A stretch of DNA of 64,000 nucleotides from the human T2T-CHM13v2.0 reference genome, Homo sapiens. Position 1 is the first letter of the stretch, and the number at the start of each line of letters is the position of its first letter. Made by a program: the position numbers and the translations under genes. Below, piece after piece: positions 14,491 to 29,006 of this stretch. The notes under the pieces were generated by a model. The model saw only the letters and a list, made by a program, of their open reading frames with translations, did no database searches and was not told the origin of the DNA. The stretch lies in the NCBI RefSeq assembly GCF_009914755.1, contig NC_060947.1. One strand, 5' to 3'.

Positions 14491-17035
14491 CTTGTCTCTT
14501 CCATGAGGAAATAAATGTGGGTTGTGCTGCCAAATGCTCAAATAATGCTAATTGATAATATAAATACCCCCTGCTTAAAAATGGACAAAAAGAAACTATA
14601 ATGTAATGGTTTTCCCTTAAAGGAATGTCAAAGATTGTTTGATAGTGATAAGTTACATTTATGTGGAGCTCTATGGTTTTGAGAGCACTTTTACAAACAT
14701 TATTTCATTTTTTTCCTCTCAGTAATGTCAGTGGAAGTTAGGGAAAAGATTCTTGGACTCAATTTTAGAATCAAAAGGGAAAGGATCAAAAGGTTCAGTA
14801 ACTTCCCTAAGATTATGAAACTGTGACCAGATCTAGCCCATCTTACTCCAGGTTTGATACTCTTTCCACAATACTGAGCTGCCTCAGAATCCTCAAAATC
14901 AGTTTTTATATTCCCCAAAAGAAGAAGGAAACCAAGGAGTAGCTATATATTTCTACTTTGTGTCATTTTTGCCATCATTATTATCATACTGAAGGAAATT
15001 TTCCAGATCATTAGGACATAATACATGTTGAGAGTGTCTCAACACTTATTAGTGACAGTATTGACATCTGAGCATACTCCAGTTTACTAATACAGCAGGG
15101 TAACTGGGCCAGATGTTCTTTCTACAGAAGAATATTGGATTGATTGGAGTTAATGTAATACTCATCATTTACCACTGTGCTTGGCAGAGAGCGGATACTC
15201 AAGTAAGTTTTGTTAAATGAATGAATGAATTTAGAACCACACAATGCCAAGATAGAATTAATTTAAAGCCTTAAACAAAATTTATCTAAAGAAATAACTT
15301 CTATTACTGTCATAGACCAAAGGAATCTGATTCTCCCTAGGGTCAAGAACAGGCTAAGGATACTAACCAATAGGATTGCCTGAAGGGTTCTGCACATTCT
15401 TATTTGAAGCATGAAAAAAGAGGGTTGGAGGTGGAGAATTAACCTCCTGCCATGACTCTGGCTCATCTAGTCCTGCTCCTTGTGCTATAAAATAAATGCA
15501 GACTAATTTCCTGCCCAAAGTGGTCTTCTCCAGCTAGCCCTTATGAATATTGAACTTAGGAATTGTGACAAATATGTATCTGATATGGTCATTTGTTTTA
15601 AATAACACCCACCCCTTATTTTCCGTAAATACACACACAAAATGGATCGCATCTGTGTGACTAATGGTTTATTTGTATTATATCATCATCATCATCCTAA
15701 AATTAACAACCCAGAAACAAAAATCTCTATACAGAGATCAAATTCACACTCAATAGTATGTTCTGAATATATGTTCAAGAGAGAGTCTCTAAATCACTGT
15801 TAGTGTGGCCAAGAGCAGGGTTTTCTTTTTGTTCTTAGAACTGCTCCCATTTCTGGGAACTAAAACCAGTTTTATTTGCCCCACCCCTTGGAGCCACAAA
15901 TGTTTAGAACTCTTCAACTTCGGTAATGAGGAAGAAGGAGAAAGAGCTGGGGGAAGGGCAGAAGACTGGTTTAGGAGGAAAAGGAAATAAGGAGAAAAGA
16001 GAATGGGAGAGTGAGAGAAAATAAAAAAGGCAAAAGGGAGAGAGAGGGGAAGGGGGTCTCATATTGGTCATTCCCTGCCCCAGATTTCTTAAAGTTTGAT
16101 ATGTATAGAATATAATTGAAGGAGGTATACACATATTGATGTTGTTTTGATTATCTATGGTATTGAATCTTTTAAAATCTGGTCACAAATTTTGATGCTG
16201 AGGGGGATTATTCAAGGGACTAGGATGAACTAAATAAGAACTCAGTTGTTCTTTGTCATACTACTATTCCTTTCGTCTCCCAGAATCCTCAGGGCACTGA
16301 GGGTAGGTCTGACAAATAAGGCCTGCTGTGCGAATATAGCCTTTCTGAAATGTACCAGGATGGTTTCTGCTTAGAGACACTTAGGTCCAGCCTGTTCACA
16401 CTGCACCTCAGGTATCAATTCATCTATTCAACAGATATTTATTGTGTTATTACTATGAGTCAGGCTCTGTTTATTGTTTCAATTCTTTACACCAAAGTAT
16501 GAACTGGAGAGGGTACCTCAGTTATAAGGAGTCTGAGAATATTGGCCCTTTCTAACCTATGTGCATAATTAAAACCAGCTTCATTTGTTGCTCCGAGAGT
16601 GTTTCTCCAAGGTTTTCTATCTTCAAAACCAACTAAGTTATGAAAGTAGAGAGATCTGCCCTGTGTTATCCAGTTATGAGATAAAAAATGAATATAAGAG
16701 TGCTTGTCATTATAAAAGTTTCCTTTTTTATTCTCTCAAGCCACCAGCTGCCAGCCACCAGCAGCCAGCTGCCAGCCTAGCTTTTTTTTTTTTTTTTTTT
16801 TTTTAGCACTTAGTATTTAGCATTTATTAACAGGTACTCTAAGAATGATGAAGCATTGTTTTTAATCTTAAGACTATGAAGGTTTTTCTTAGTTCTTCTG
16901 CTTTTGCAATTGTGTTTGTGAAATTTGAATACTTGCAGGCTTTGTATGTGAATAATTCTAGCGGGGGACCTGGGAGATAATTCCTACGGGGAATTCTTAA
17001 AACTGTGCTCAACTATTAAAATGAATGAGCTTTCT
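14491..17035 (+). other. CYBB: CYBB 3'UTR (end approximate)
   Basis: Follows stop codon; ends ~15 nt after ATTAAA, followed by GT-rich tttgtgtctgtgtt. Confidence 0.85.
17015..17020 (+). terminator. CYBB polyadenylation signal (ATTAAA)
   Basis: ATTAAA with downstream GU-rich element at ~17035-17050. Confidence 0.75.
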
Positions 17036-17704
17036 TTGTGTCTGTGTTACTGATCTTTGTATTAAAGGGTAAATTCAGCTAGTAACAATTTTCTCTACCC
17101 CGGTGGGGTTGAGACACTCTGTGTTTCTGTATATGATATGCCAAACACTTCATGGTTTATGGATTGGGAAGTGAAAGCTGAAGACTAAGTTCTGTGCTGA
17201 ATACTGTTGATCCTCACAACACTAATATAAGGGACAGGGAGGGCAACTTAATGTCATAGACAGAATTTCAGAAACGAAGAAGCCCCAGTGTGACATCTTT
17301 GTTCCACGTCTACTGAACTTTCATGTTCTAACTTCACAATTGAGTATCATCAATTGTGGGCAATATGGGCAATTGTGGGCAATTGTGAGCAATTGTGGGC
17401 ATATATGCTCATGCTTCTGTGATAGCCCTTGTTCTAAATGAGTCAACCGGTTACGATCTCCACTATTTAGGAAATGCATAGGGGTGTGGGCATGACATGT
17501 TCCTGTGGGAGTCAACAGGTGCTGCCATGGAGGGAAAGGACATTACCTAAAATAAATGGCAGTAATAGAAATAGCCAACATTTGGTAAACACCTCCTACT
17601 ATGCCGAACATTTTACATACACTTTATTTAATCCCTCAGCAACACTACAAGGTAGCCGTTTTATCCTAATTTTGTTGATAAGAAAACAGTCTGAACGAAG
17701 ATGA

Positions 17705-18214
<510 letters not shown>

Positions 18215-18480
18215 TAACAGTGGTAACATAAATCTCTAGTTTATACCATTTAAGTAGCTTGGTATCTTAGTTTAGAAACACTGGTTAATCTGATTCATGC
18301 TCATTTTTACTTTTAAATTATGATAAAATAGAACCTATCAAAAAATGGAATTATTTTGCTTGGAGAAAAGAAGGCTGTAGGGTGACTCAATAATATTTAT
18401 TAAGTCTACTTTTTCATTTATATTTATTTTATTTATAAACAATTTCTGTCTTTCAGAGAATGGCCAGCTGTTGTCTATAG

Positions 18481-18483
<3 letters not shown>

Positions 18484-18523
<40 letters not shown>

Positions 18524-18530
18524 TGTGTGT
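18484..18530. repeat. (GT)n microsatellite
   Basis: Directly visible. Confidence 0.97.
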
Positions 18531-19904
18531 AATAAGATTGCATGAGGAAGGAGCTAAATTTCTCAACCATAAATTCAGTTGGGCAAAAAACAAAGTGTTG
18601 ACAGAGGCTAGGAAATCTGACCACTAGAGATTTTTAAAACCTGGAAAAATGATCAACCAAGTGGCCTGAGATTCATTTAAACTTGTAGCCTTTATTATCT
18701 TGTTGTAGTGGTTGGGGAATGAGGTAGTCTAAGTAATTGGATATTCCAGTTAATACTTATTGCTAATAGATTCATAATTTTCAAGGAAGTGGGATGCTAT
18801 AAATTATAAGAAGAAACTAAATCCTGAAATACACTTCTTCTTGGATTTAAAAAATACTAGGAAATGTTGTACATGAGCAGAGGCCACTGTGAGCTTATTT
18901 TCTAGATTTTACTCTGAAGAACTAATGACATGAAGACTGTGCTTATCTGACTTTTGAAAATAGCCCGAAGTATTTTCTTCCTACTTCATAGAGGACTGCT
19001 CCAAAGACAGCAAACTTGATTTATATAAGAAATAAAGTCCAAAAGATCTTCATAAATCTTAAAATTACATTCGATTATAAAGAAATCACCAAGTTTAGCA
19101 TTATGTTAGATCCCTTGATTGCTAAATATCACTTCCTCTTTTCAGTAATAATAAAATCACTAACCTACTTATGCTCATAGAAAACACTAAACATCACTTT
19201 TTCTGATCAGATGAGGGCAAGTCAGGGCATAAGGAATGAAAACGACTTCGTTATTTCCAAGAGATTCTAGGGCAATTCTTAGAAATCTTTATGTCGATTG
19301 ATAAGAAAAAAAAATTATGCTACCTAAACATCTCTTGGGAATAGCAAATGTGCTTGCATTGGCTGAAAACCATCAGGGAACACTATTAACATGGGAGTTA
19401 TTCCAGACCAAGCTATTGGAGATCAGCACAGCTATCTGATTATCCTGTTTTCCAGGTGGGGGCTCTGCATAACTCGCGGCTAAAATATCACACTCACATC
19501 TATGTTATCAACTTCCTGCTGCATTCCTTACCCAGTGCTTATTCCGCTGGGACAAACATGCCTATGGCTTTACTGAGATCGAAGGCAACAGCAAGCTTGA
19601 CCATGCCCAACTCACAAAGAAAGTCAGATGCAAAACAGCCTTTAAGAACATGAGTTTTTGCCCTTCCTTTATAGAAAATAATCACAAAACTTTCCTTTCC
19701 TTTTGGTAAATATAAAAATGCATTTTGAGAAATTCATTTCCTCTTTGAGATATTGTTTATCAAATGGTGAGGGGATGGGAATCGGGGGAAAATGTAAAAC
19801 AAATGAATGGTAACCATATTAATAGAAAAAACAAGATAAGGAATATAATGAATAGTGTGTTTTTTATTGTTTTTTTTTAAACAGTAATGCTTGAATTGAT
19901 TGCA

Positions 19905-20400
19905 AATTGGCTCAGATTTCCGACTTCTCCCTGGATCCACATCCTCTGCAGTGTGACTTTGTAATTCCTTCCATCATGAGGAGTCCTTTTGCTCATCCCT
20001 TGAATCTGGGCTATTCTCATAACGAACTGACCAATAGAATGTGGCAAAAGTGACGTGTGAGTTCCAGAGTCTAGGTCTCAGGAAACCTAGTGTGCTTCTC
20101 TTCTCTCTTTTGCTTCTCTACCTTTTCCATACAGAATGCTCAGGCTAGCCCGCTCAAGGGTGCAACCTATGGGGCAGAGCAGAGTCAGCCTACTTAGTCC
20201 CAGCCCTAAGACCCCAGATATGTGAGAGAGAGCCCAAGACTAACAAAACTGCCCAGGCCATCCACAGATGACTGTAGATACATGTGTAAGTTCAGTTCAC
20301 ATCCTCAGAACCACCCAGATGTCCTGTAGATGCATGAGAAATGTTAAATGCTTGTTGTTTTAAGCCACTAACTTCAGAGTAGTTTGTTATATAACAAAAC
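19905..20400 (+). mobile_element. Old MLT1 MaLR LTR
   Basis: ccaatagaatgtggcaaaagtgac...tgttgttttaagccact...gtttgttatataaca. Confidence 0.65.
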
Positions 20401-22064
20401 CGCTGATGCAAATGGCATCAAAAATTGTTGAAAGAGAGATGGGGGTTCAGGGTGAGAGCTGTAGGTGATTGTATCTGTGCTAATACCACATAGCCCTTTT
20501 TTGGGGATTGCCATGAATAATATATTAGCTTTGCTATGAGTAAAATACTATATCCTCTGAATTGTCATGAATTACGTGGAGTCATACGTGTTTTGGAAGT
20601 GTGAAAGTCCCTGGGCTCAGATAAAAGGTGTTGCCATCTGGAAAGTACAGGTAGTTTATTTCAATTCTGCTCCAATAACTAGCACGTCATTCCATTCATG
20701 TAGAAATAAGCTACTGGCTATCTCACTATCTGAAATAGAAGTATGAACTGTGGGTAAGTGGGTGAGGACAATGTCTGAGCAACCAAAAAGGAGCTCAAAT
20801 CCACAAACGGTACATTAAACAGTGGCGAAGTCAGTCAGAAATTCACTCAGAGTTGTTGTGTACTTGCCATAACCAGCTTAGTCATGTTGGTCCCAAAGTC
20901 ATAGTTGATGAGAAGTAGCAAGTTAAGAGAGAAAGACTTCTAGAGATAGGTACATACACAATGATAACAAGTGACATCAGAGAACCTAAGGAAGGGCAAA
21001 GAAAGAAACACTGCAAAGCAGACTCAAACACTTAAAAGCATAGCAGCTTGGGGCCAGTTAGTGTAAGAGAAAAGGAGCTCCATATGCCTCAATAGAACCT
21101 AAGAGCATCATTGTACTGCATTTATTCATTCATTCACTTCACATGTTTATTCAACAAATGCTATGTATACTGAGATTTTTCTCTGGTCATTGTACTGGCT
21201 AGAACCTAAAGGAGTGAGACTATTAATTAGAGTTTACAATCTGGCAATGATATTAACAGTCTATTCACAAAAGGGTTAACTCAAGTTAAGCCGGCCTAAA
21301 TGTTTATGCAAAATAGGATTTTTGCCTAAGTCTAAAGGGTATCAGAAAAGTGTAGCCATTGAGAATGACTCATTTCATGGTGTTCTCGGATGGCTTAAGT
21401 ATTATTAATATGTCTCCATTTCTAGTGCAGGAACCTCCACGTTTTAGAGGAAAGGAGGAAAGAATTTGTGAAGACTGTGCCTAAAAAAGGTAGAAATTTG
21501 TTTACAATTTATTTAAAGATAAAAGTAAAGAACTAGGTTGCTTTAAAAAAGGGAGGGAAAGAAAATCAAAATACATCTTATTTGAGGCATTAAAACTTTT
21601 TTAAGAAAATAAAATTTAAAATAAAGTTGTATTCTTCTAAAAATAATTTTTTAAACCAGCTGAAAATGAAAAATGCAGATTATACTAAGAAGCAACTGTT
21701 TTACATTCTGCTTTCTGAATGGTATTTAAAAACTCAGTTATTTTCAGAAATGAGGAAGTCTTGATCTGCTAGATGAAGGTCGGCTGCAGGTGGTGTTTAT
21801 TGCTTTATGATGGCAACAAACCGTAAACCCATCACTCAGTAAATATTAAACTGGCTGAATGAATCCAAAGCATGTCTAACATACAGGAAAAACACAGCCC
21901 TGTTAAGCAGTCTTGAAACCCACAAGCTACATGGAAAACACAGATTCAACTACATCATAAAAATTCAGACAATTCTGGTTCAGGATGAAGAATTGATCCT
22001 AAGCAATTTTCTTTCTCTCTCTCTCTCTGAAGACTCTTAAATGGCATTTTAAAAATAATAATGG

Positions 22065-22715
<651 letters not shown>

Positions 22716-23441
22716 ATAATAATGATATAACCTGTGTAAAGAGAACAGAAGAGGACTATCGAGAAATAAAAATTTTTACCATGTTCCTAGAAGCTGGATA
22801 ATTGATAGAGAAGTGGTAAATTATGAATTAATTTGAAAGAAATAAAACTTAGAAGTATTTGAGGAAGGGACAAGGCTCAGGAAGATGCCTATCTCCCTGA
22901 AGAATTCCAGAGAAATTAGAGGCATGGAAATACCAGATACAAAGAAGGGGAAGAGTGAAACATGGAAATGAAGAGTCAAGTCTGTCATCCAACTGACGGA
23001 AGTTTCAGAAAGAGAGTATAGAAATAGCACGTGAGAGAAAAGTGTCAGAAATTATAAGATACTTTATCTGAGCTAAATAATACAAGTCATCATACGGATA
23101 GAGTCCACAGAGTAGCCATCACATTGAAAATAATTTCTTATGTCTAGACATATTATTACAAAATTTCAGAACATCGAGGTTCAAGTAAATTTGCAACAGC
23201 TTCCAGAAAGGAAATATTAAAGCAAAACAAAACAAATCAAGACACAGCTAACCCATAAAGTAGCAAGAATCAAACTTGTTTCAGCAACACTGGAAACTAG
23301 AAGTCTATGGACCAAGCCCTATGGACCAGGGACCACATCTGAGAGAGAAAAAGGATATGCCATCTGTTTATGTACATATGTCCATGGGAAGTTTCATAGA
23401 AACTCAGAGTTCTGCTGGAAATGATATTCAACCTAGAAGTC

Positions 23442-23742
<301 letters not shown>

Positions 23743-25175
23743 TCAACCTAGAATACTATACTTGGCTAGCTTAGCCTAGGCACTCTGCTAAAAAGCAAAG
23801 TTCCAGGCAGGGATTAAAATACTTATATTTTGCTTGGGAGGTATAAGCCTAAGGTGGTGAGCATGAGAAACCCAGTAAGTGAGGCATGGGAAGATGTGAA
23901 GCATCACCGCACAGCCACCAATTCACAATGAGCCCCAAAGAACCATACTCAGCATGTGTGTGTGCTCAGTACAAGGGTGTACCCTTCCTATCTGTTTTTC
24001 ATTGGTCAAGATTAACTCCATGATACAATACACACTCTCACCCCCCACCCATATACATTTCTAGGTTACATCATCCAGCCTCAGTGACAGGTCAGGAACT
24101 AGACCTTACACTTTGCATTGGGACATTACATCCAAATCGGGAAGAAGAGGGGCAACCCCACACAGATGGGGCTCTGACCATAGAGGGAAAGAAGGTACAC
24201 TAAAATTAACCTTACCTAAAATTGCATCATTCTTGAGAAGTCATTGAGGTTGTATTTCTGAAAACCAAGGAAGTAATCTAAAATGAATGAAGAAATAAGA
24301 CCTAAAAAGCAATGGCTTTACCCCAGGAGAGCAAAGAATGTTCTATGATTATGGCTGGACAGTTGGCTCTGAGAACAACTATTTCAGACAGAAGCAGGGG
24401 ACAATGCTCCAACAAGATCTACAGGAACAGCTTGAGCATATGGTGAAAGCATTTGGTGGGAGTTTTAAAAAAGAATCTATTCAAACATCACTCTAGAAAT
24501 ATTCCCTTTGAGTGGTATAGTCATGATATTAAATTCGTAGAGAAAGAAAAATACTCCTAGCACACCACTCAGGTCAATGTTGAAAAGATGTCTTTCATAA
24601 TAATGTAAATGTGTATTGATTTTCTAATTTTAAAATTAATTAACAGACAAATTACAGAAGACTTAGACTATTACAAAATAGAATGTAAAGTTATCAACCA
24701 TGACAATATAAAAGCACAATGGAATGGGTGGAATATTGACCACACCTGAGGGAGAAAAAGGATATGTCATCTGTTTATGTAGATATGACAACAGGAAGTT
24801 TCATAGAAATAATTTCACATGCCCAGATGTGTCACAGAAGTAGCTGAAAGACACTGGATCTGATAGGGAAAATGGACAGATTACACTATGTCCAAGGGCC
24901 CCACCCAACCCTGTTGACTTATATAAGATTCTGGAACCATTACTCAAATTCCATGGGTGACAGTAAGTCTATAATCCTAAAAAGACTGGGATTAGTTTTC
25001 CTGCTACATGATAGAAGGTGCTTAAAAGAGAATTACACTTTGTTAGAGAAAAATAGAGTCATACATCGTGCACACCTCAGTTTGGAGACAGCTTTACAAC
25101 TACTCTAGATGTGTGCAGTTATTTAATGTAACATTGAAAACATTCTAATTGTTCATCAATAAGAATTTCTAGTAC

Positions 25176-25642
25176 AATGTATGTTCACTGCAGCACCGTT
25201 TACAATAGCAAAGACTTGGAACCAACCCAAATGCCCATCAATGACAGACTGGATAAAGAAAATGTGGCACATATGCACCATGGAATACTCTGCAGTCATA
25301 AAAAAAAATGAGTTCATGTCCTTTGCAGGGACATGGATGAACCTGGAAGCCATCATTCTCAGCAAACTAACACAGGAACAGAAAACCAAACACCGCATGT
25401 TCTCACTCGTAAGTAGGAGTTGAACAATGAGAACACATGGGCACAGGGAAGGGAACATCACACACCGGGGCCTGTCAAGGGGAGGAAGAGCATTAAGACA
25501 AATACCTAATGCATGCGGGGCTTAATACCTAGATGACAAGTTGATAGGTGCAGCAAACCACCATAGCACATGTATACCTACGTAACAAACCTGCACTTTC
25601 TGCACATGTATCCCAGAATTTAAAGTAAAATTTTAAAAAAAG
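25176..25642 (+). mobile_element. L1PA 3' end (ORF2 C-terminus + 3'UTR)
   Basis: MFTAAPFTIAKTWNQPKCPS...KHRMFSL is L1 ORF2p C-terminus; L1 3'UTR and A tail. Confidence 0.93.
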
Positions 25643-27719
25643 AAGTTATAGTGTATCCACACACTGGAACACATGTTAAATAGTCATATAGTTAGATCTA
25701 TATGTGTGACTCTATTCATGTTACAAAACAACACTCTACGTTTATGTGTGTGTGCATGCATGGGGGAATGGGGGCATACATGCACACGCATGTGTTTGGG
25801 TGCATATCAAAGGTCTGGAAAGACACACATCAAAGTATTAATATGATAATCTGGGGAAATAAGAGGAATTTGCGTTATGTGAAAGGGAATTTTTATTTTT
25901 ACTTTATATTATGTATGCTTTGTTGTTTCTGAGGATATTTTAATTCAGATTATGCATGATCTGATTTGTGCACATATATTGTTTATAAGATGTTAGCCTC
26001 TTCTAAATTTTGATAAGAAATTCATTTCCAGGCCACTCATGTCATCCCTGTTTCAAAAACCCTTGAAGGCTTCCTGCTGCTTCAAGAAAGAGACTTAACT
26101 CCTTAATGTGGCTTAAAAGAGATTTCATGATTTGGCTTGTGTTTACTCCTTTTGCTTTACTTCTTCATTTCTTGATAGTATACCTACTGTCAAGGGGGCA
26201 ATCTCAAAGCTCTTCCAACCTGTCACAGCATTATGTGCAAAGTCCATAAACTTTAGTTGATACTGAGACGTTTCCATCATTTCTACTGTCAAGCCAGTCA
26301 ATTCTCAGTTAACAGCAAACAACAGACTACTAGCATTATGTTTTCCATCTTTCCCTCCAAATCTACACATTCAATAGGCACATGATTTTCTTCCCAAGTG
26401 ACTATAGGCAACATTTATAACAAATGCTTTGCCTCTGCTTAACAGGGATCTTCATCTTTTCAGTCTTCAATATGTTTCCTTAACACCCACCAACCTACCA
26501 CTCTGTCAAAGTCACTCATTTTAGATTTTGTTATAGTATGCCCTAGCCACTGTATCAATTTCTGTTTTACTTAGTCAGCACCTGGTTCTGCTGAAGTAAC
26601 AACCCCCAAAATCTCAATGGCTTAAAGCAACTAGAGCTTATTTATTGCTACATTATGTGATCATTGCATGTTGACTGGGGCCAACATTTTTCTTTCTTAT
26701 GGACCCAAGCTAAGATGGACTCTATCTTCTTGCTTCTACAATGTGCCTGGAACTTTACATACTTCATCTTGTTTAATCTTCACAACAATTATTATCTGTG
26801 CTTTCTAGGAGAGAAAACTGAGTCATGGAGATATTAAGCAATTTTCCCAATGTCATGCATCTAAGAAACAAATCAGTTAGGACTTGAATCTGGACAACGT
26901 GTTTCCCCCTAAGCTTACCCTATACCTTCGTAAGATATTTATGAAGAGTCATGGTAAATGAATGGAGATAATAAAATTGACTGGGATGGGAAGAAGGGGT
27001 AGGGGTTTATCTCAAAAACTGATCTTGGAAGAGAATGATAATTTCAAACTTAAATTTTAATTAGTGACAGTATATAAAAGCAAAATTATGTTATGATGTT
27101 AAACAAACAGCTAAAAATTGGGTGAGAATAACATGTCTCTATTTTAGTAATTCCATTTACTCAGCAAAATGCTTATGGCACGATTCTTTAATTTAGTGCA
27201 GTACAGCTTGTATGTCTAGGGCCACTGTGAGTCCTGGAGTGCCTGGGATTATCTGCGTAGATTGGACATGAAGGTTTAATGGCCATGAAACAGGCAGTAT
27301 TGCTTGACGCCCTAGGATTTGTATGGGAGAGCTGAGGTAGACGCTCAACCCCCGGCAGCATTCTAGGTGGAAAAGAACCACTATAAAAGGAAAAAGCTGG
27401 GGTCCTCTCACAGACTTTGCTCCGGAAGCTGAACAGAGTGTGGTGGAGAGGAGCTTTTTGAATGCAGCACTGAGTAGTGTGTCCCTTTGTCCCCTGATGC
27501 AGGATGAGAGTTCAGGTGTCTGTTAACTAGTTGAGCTCCAGGAAACTGGGAACTGAGAACAGACTATAGAGGACCATCATGTTTTGAGGTCATGTGGAAT
27601 TGTCTCTAACACTTGAGGACCATTTCCCAATCCAGCAAGTATCTGACATGGCAGAAAAGCACAGCAATGTCAGTGAGTCTGTGAGGCAAGTAACACCTGT
27701 AGCGACAGCTACAGCCAGA

Positions 27720-28570
27720 AGGGATGCCATCCACCTCATTAGTGTAGGACACAGATGATCACTCTCTCCTCCTTGCAAAACTTTCTTCACCTGGCTTTCA
27801 GGACCACACACACACTATTCTAGTTTTCTTTTTTACCTCACTGCCTGTCCCCAAGTCTTTCTTGTCCCGGTAAATAGAAACTCCATTTGCTTAGGCCAAA
27901 TATTTAGCCTACCCCTGACTCTTCTTTCTCATACTTACCACATACAATTCATTATTAAATCCTGTCAACTTTCCCTTCAAGCCATTTCCAGAATATGATC
28001 CCTTCTCCCACACTTCTTACTATAGCCACAGTGACCATGTCAATCCTCTGCTCAAAACCGTCAGAGCTGCATCATCTCACAGATATGGTCCTACAAGATC
28101 AGATTTCTTGTCACCTATTTGATCTTATTTCCCATCATTCTCTCCATTTCTCACTGAGCTCCAGCTACACTGGCCACCTTGCTGCCCCTCACACATACTG
28201 AAACTAGTGCCACCTTAAGATCTTTACATTTGTGCCCCTCCCCAACTTCCTGGAATATGTGGCTTGCTCTCTCACCTCCTTCAGGTCACAGCTGAAATGC
28301 CATCTTTATTAGAGAAATATGCTCTGACAGTACCATCTAAAATAGCAGCCCTGCCACCATCCCCTCCTTGAATAACTCCCAATCTCCCTCTCCTATTTCT
28401 TATTATTACCTCTCTATAGCACTTATTGCCATCTGAACATATTTGTTTATTGTCTGCCTTTTCACTAGAATGTAAGCTGTAGGACAGAAAAGTTTTATTT
28501 GTTTCCTGAGAGCCTGGGCTTGTTTTGGCACACAGTGAATACAAAGTAAATATTTACTGCATGAATTACT
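27720..28570 (+). mobile_element. L2 fragments
   Basis: tgactcttctttctc...ctagaatgtaagctg...ggcacacagt...aaatatttactgcatgaat (L2 3' end). Confidence 0.65.
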
Positions 28571-28987
28571 GACCTAACCCCATGTTGCGTTTGTAGAAAG
28601 AGACCAGCAAAGGAGAATGAGTCTTGGGAAGTTAGGCTAAAAGAGGCCTTGGAAAGGCCACTGAGGAATCCAAATGAGACACAGCTGAGAGACCTTAAAA
28701 AAACAGAAGGAATTGGAATTCCAGTGATTTCTCTGAAAAAGAGTTGCTACAAACCAGAGACTGCTGCTGTTTTTCAGGGGCCTAGGAAATGTGGTTCCAG
28801 CATGATGAGTTTAAAGTTTGACATATTTTAATCAGCTTAGCAAAGGCATTCGTTTTATAGAAAAAGCTGGATATCTGTGACTATATATCTTGGGTAGGGG
28901 GTCAAAATGAGCAGAGAGCCATCATTTTGAATCTTAGGGAGAGCACAAACTTCGAGGCTTACATTCACAATACAATCAATGGCATCC

Positions 28988-29006
28988 TTCTGTCCCCTGG
29001 TGGCCA
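28988..29006 (-). promoter_or_regulatory. Candidate CTCF site
   Basis: TGGCCACCAGGGGACAGAA versus consensus TGGCCACCAGGGGGCGCTA. Confidence 0.6.

Noticed and set aside
25181-25423. 80-aa ORF MFTAAPFTIAKTWNQ...
   Set aside because: C-terminus of L1 ORF2 in a 5'-truncated, inactive copy
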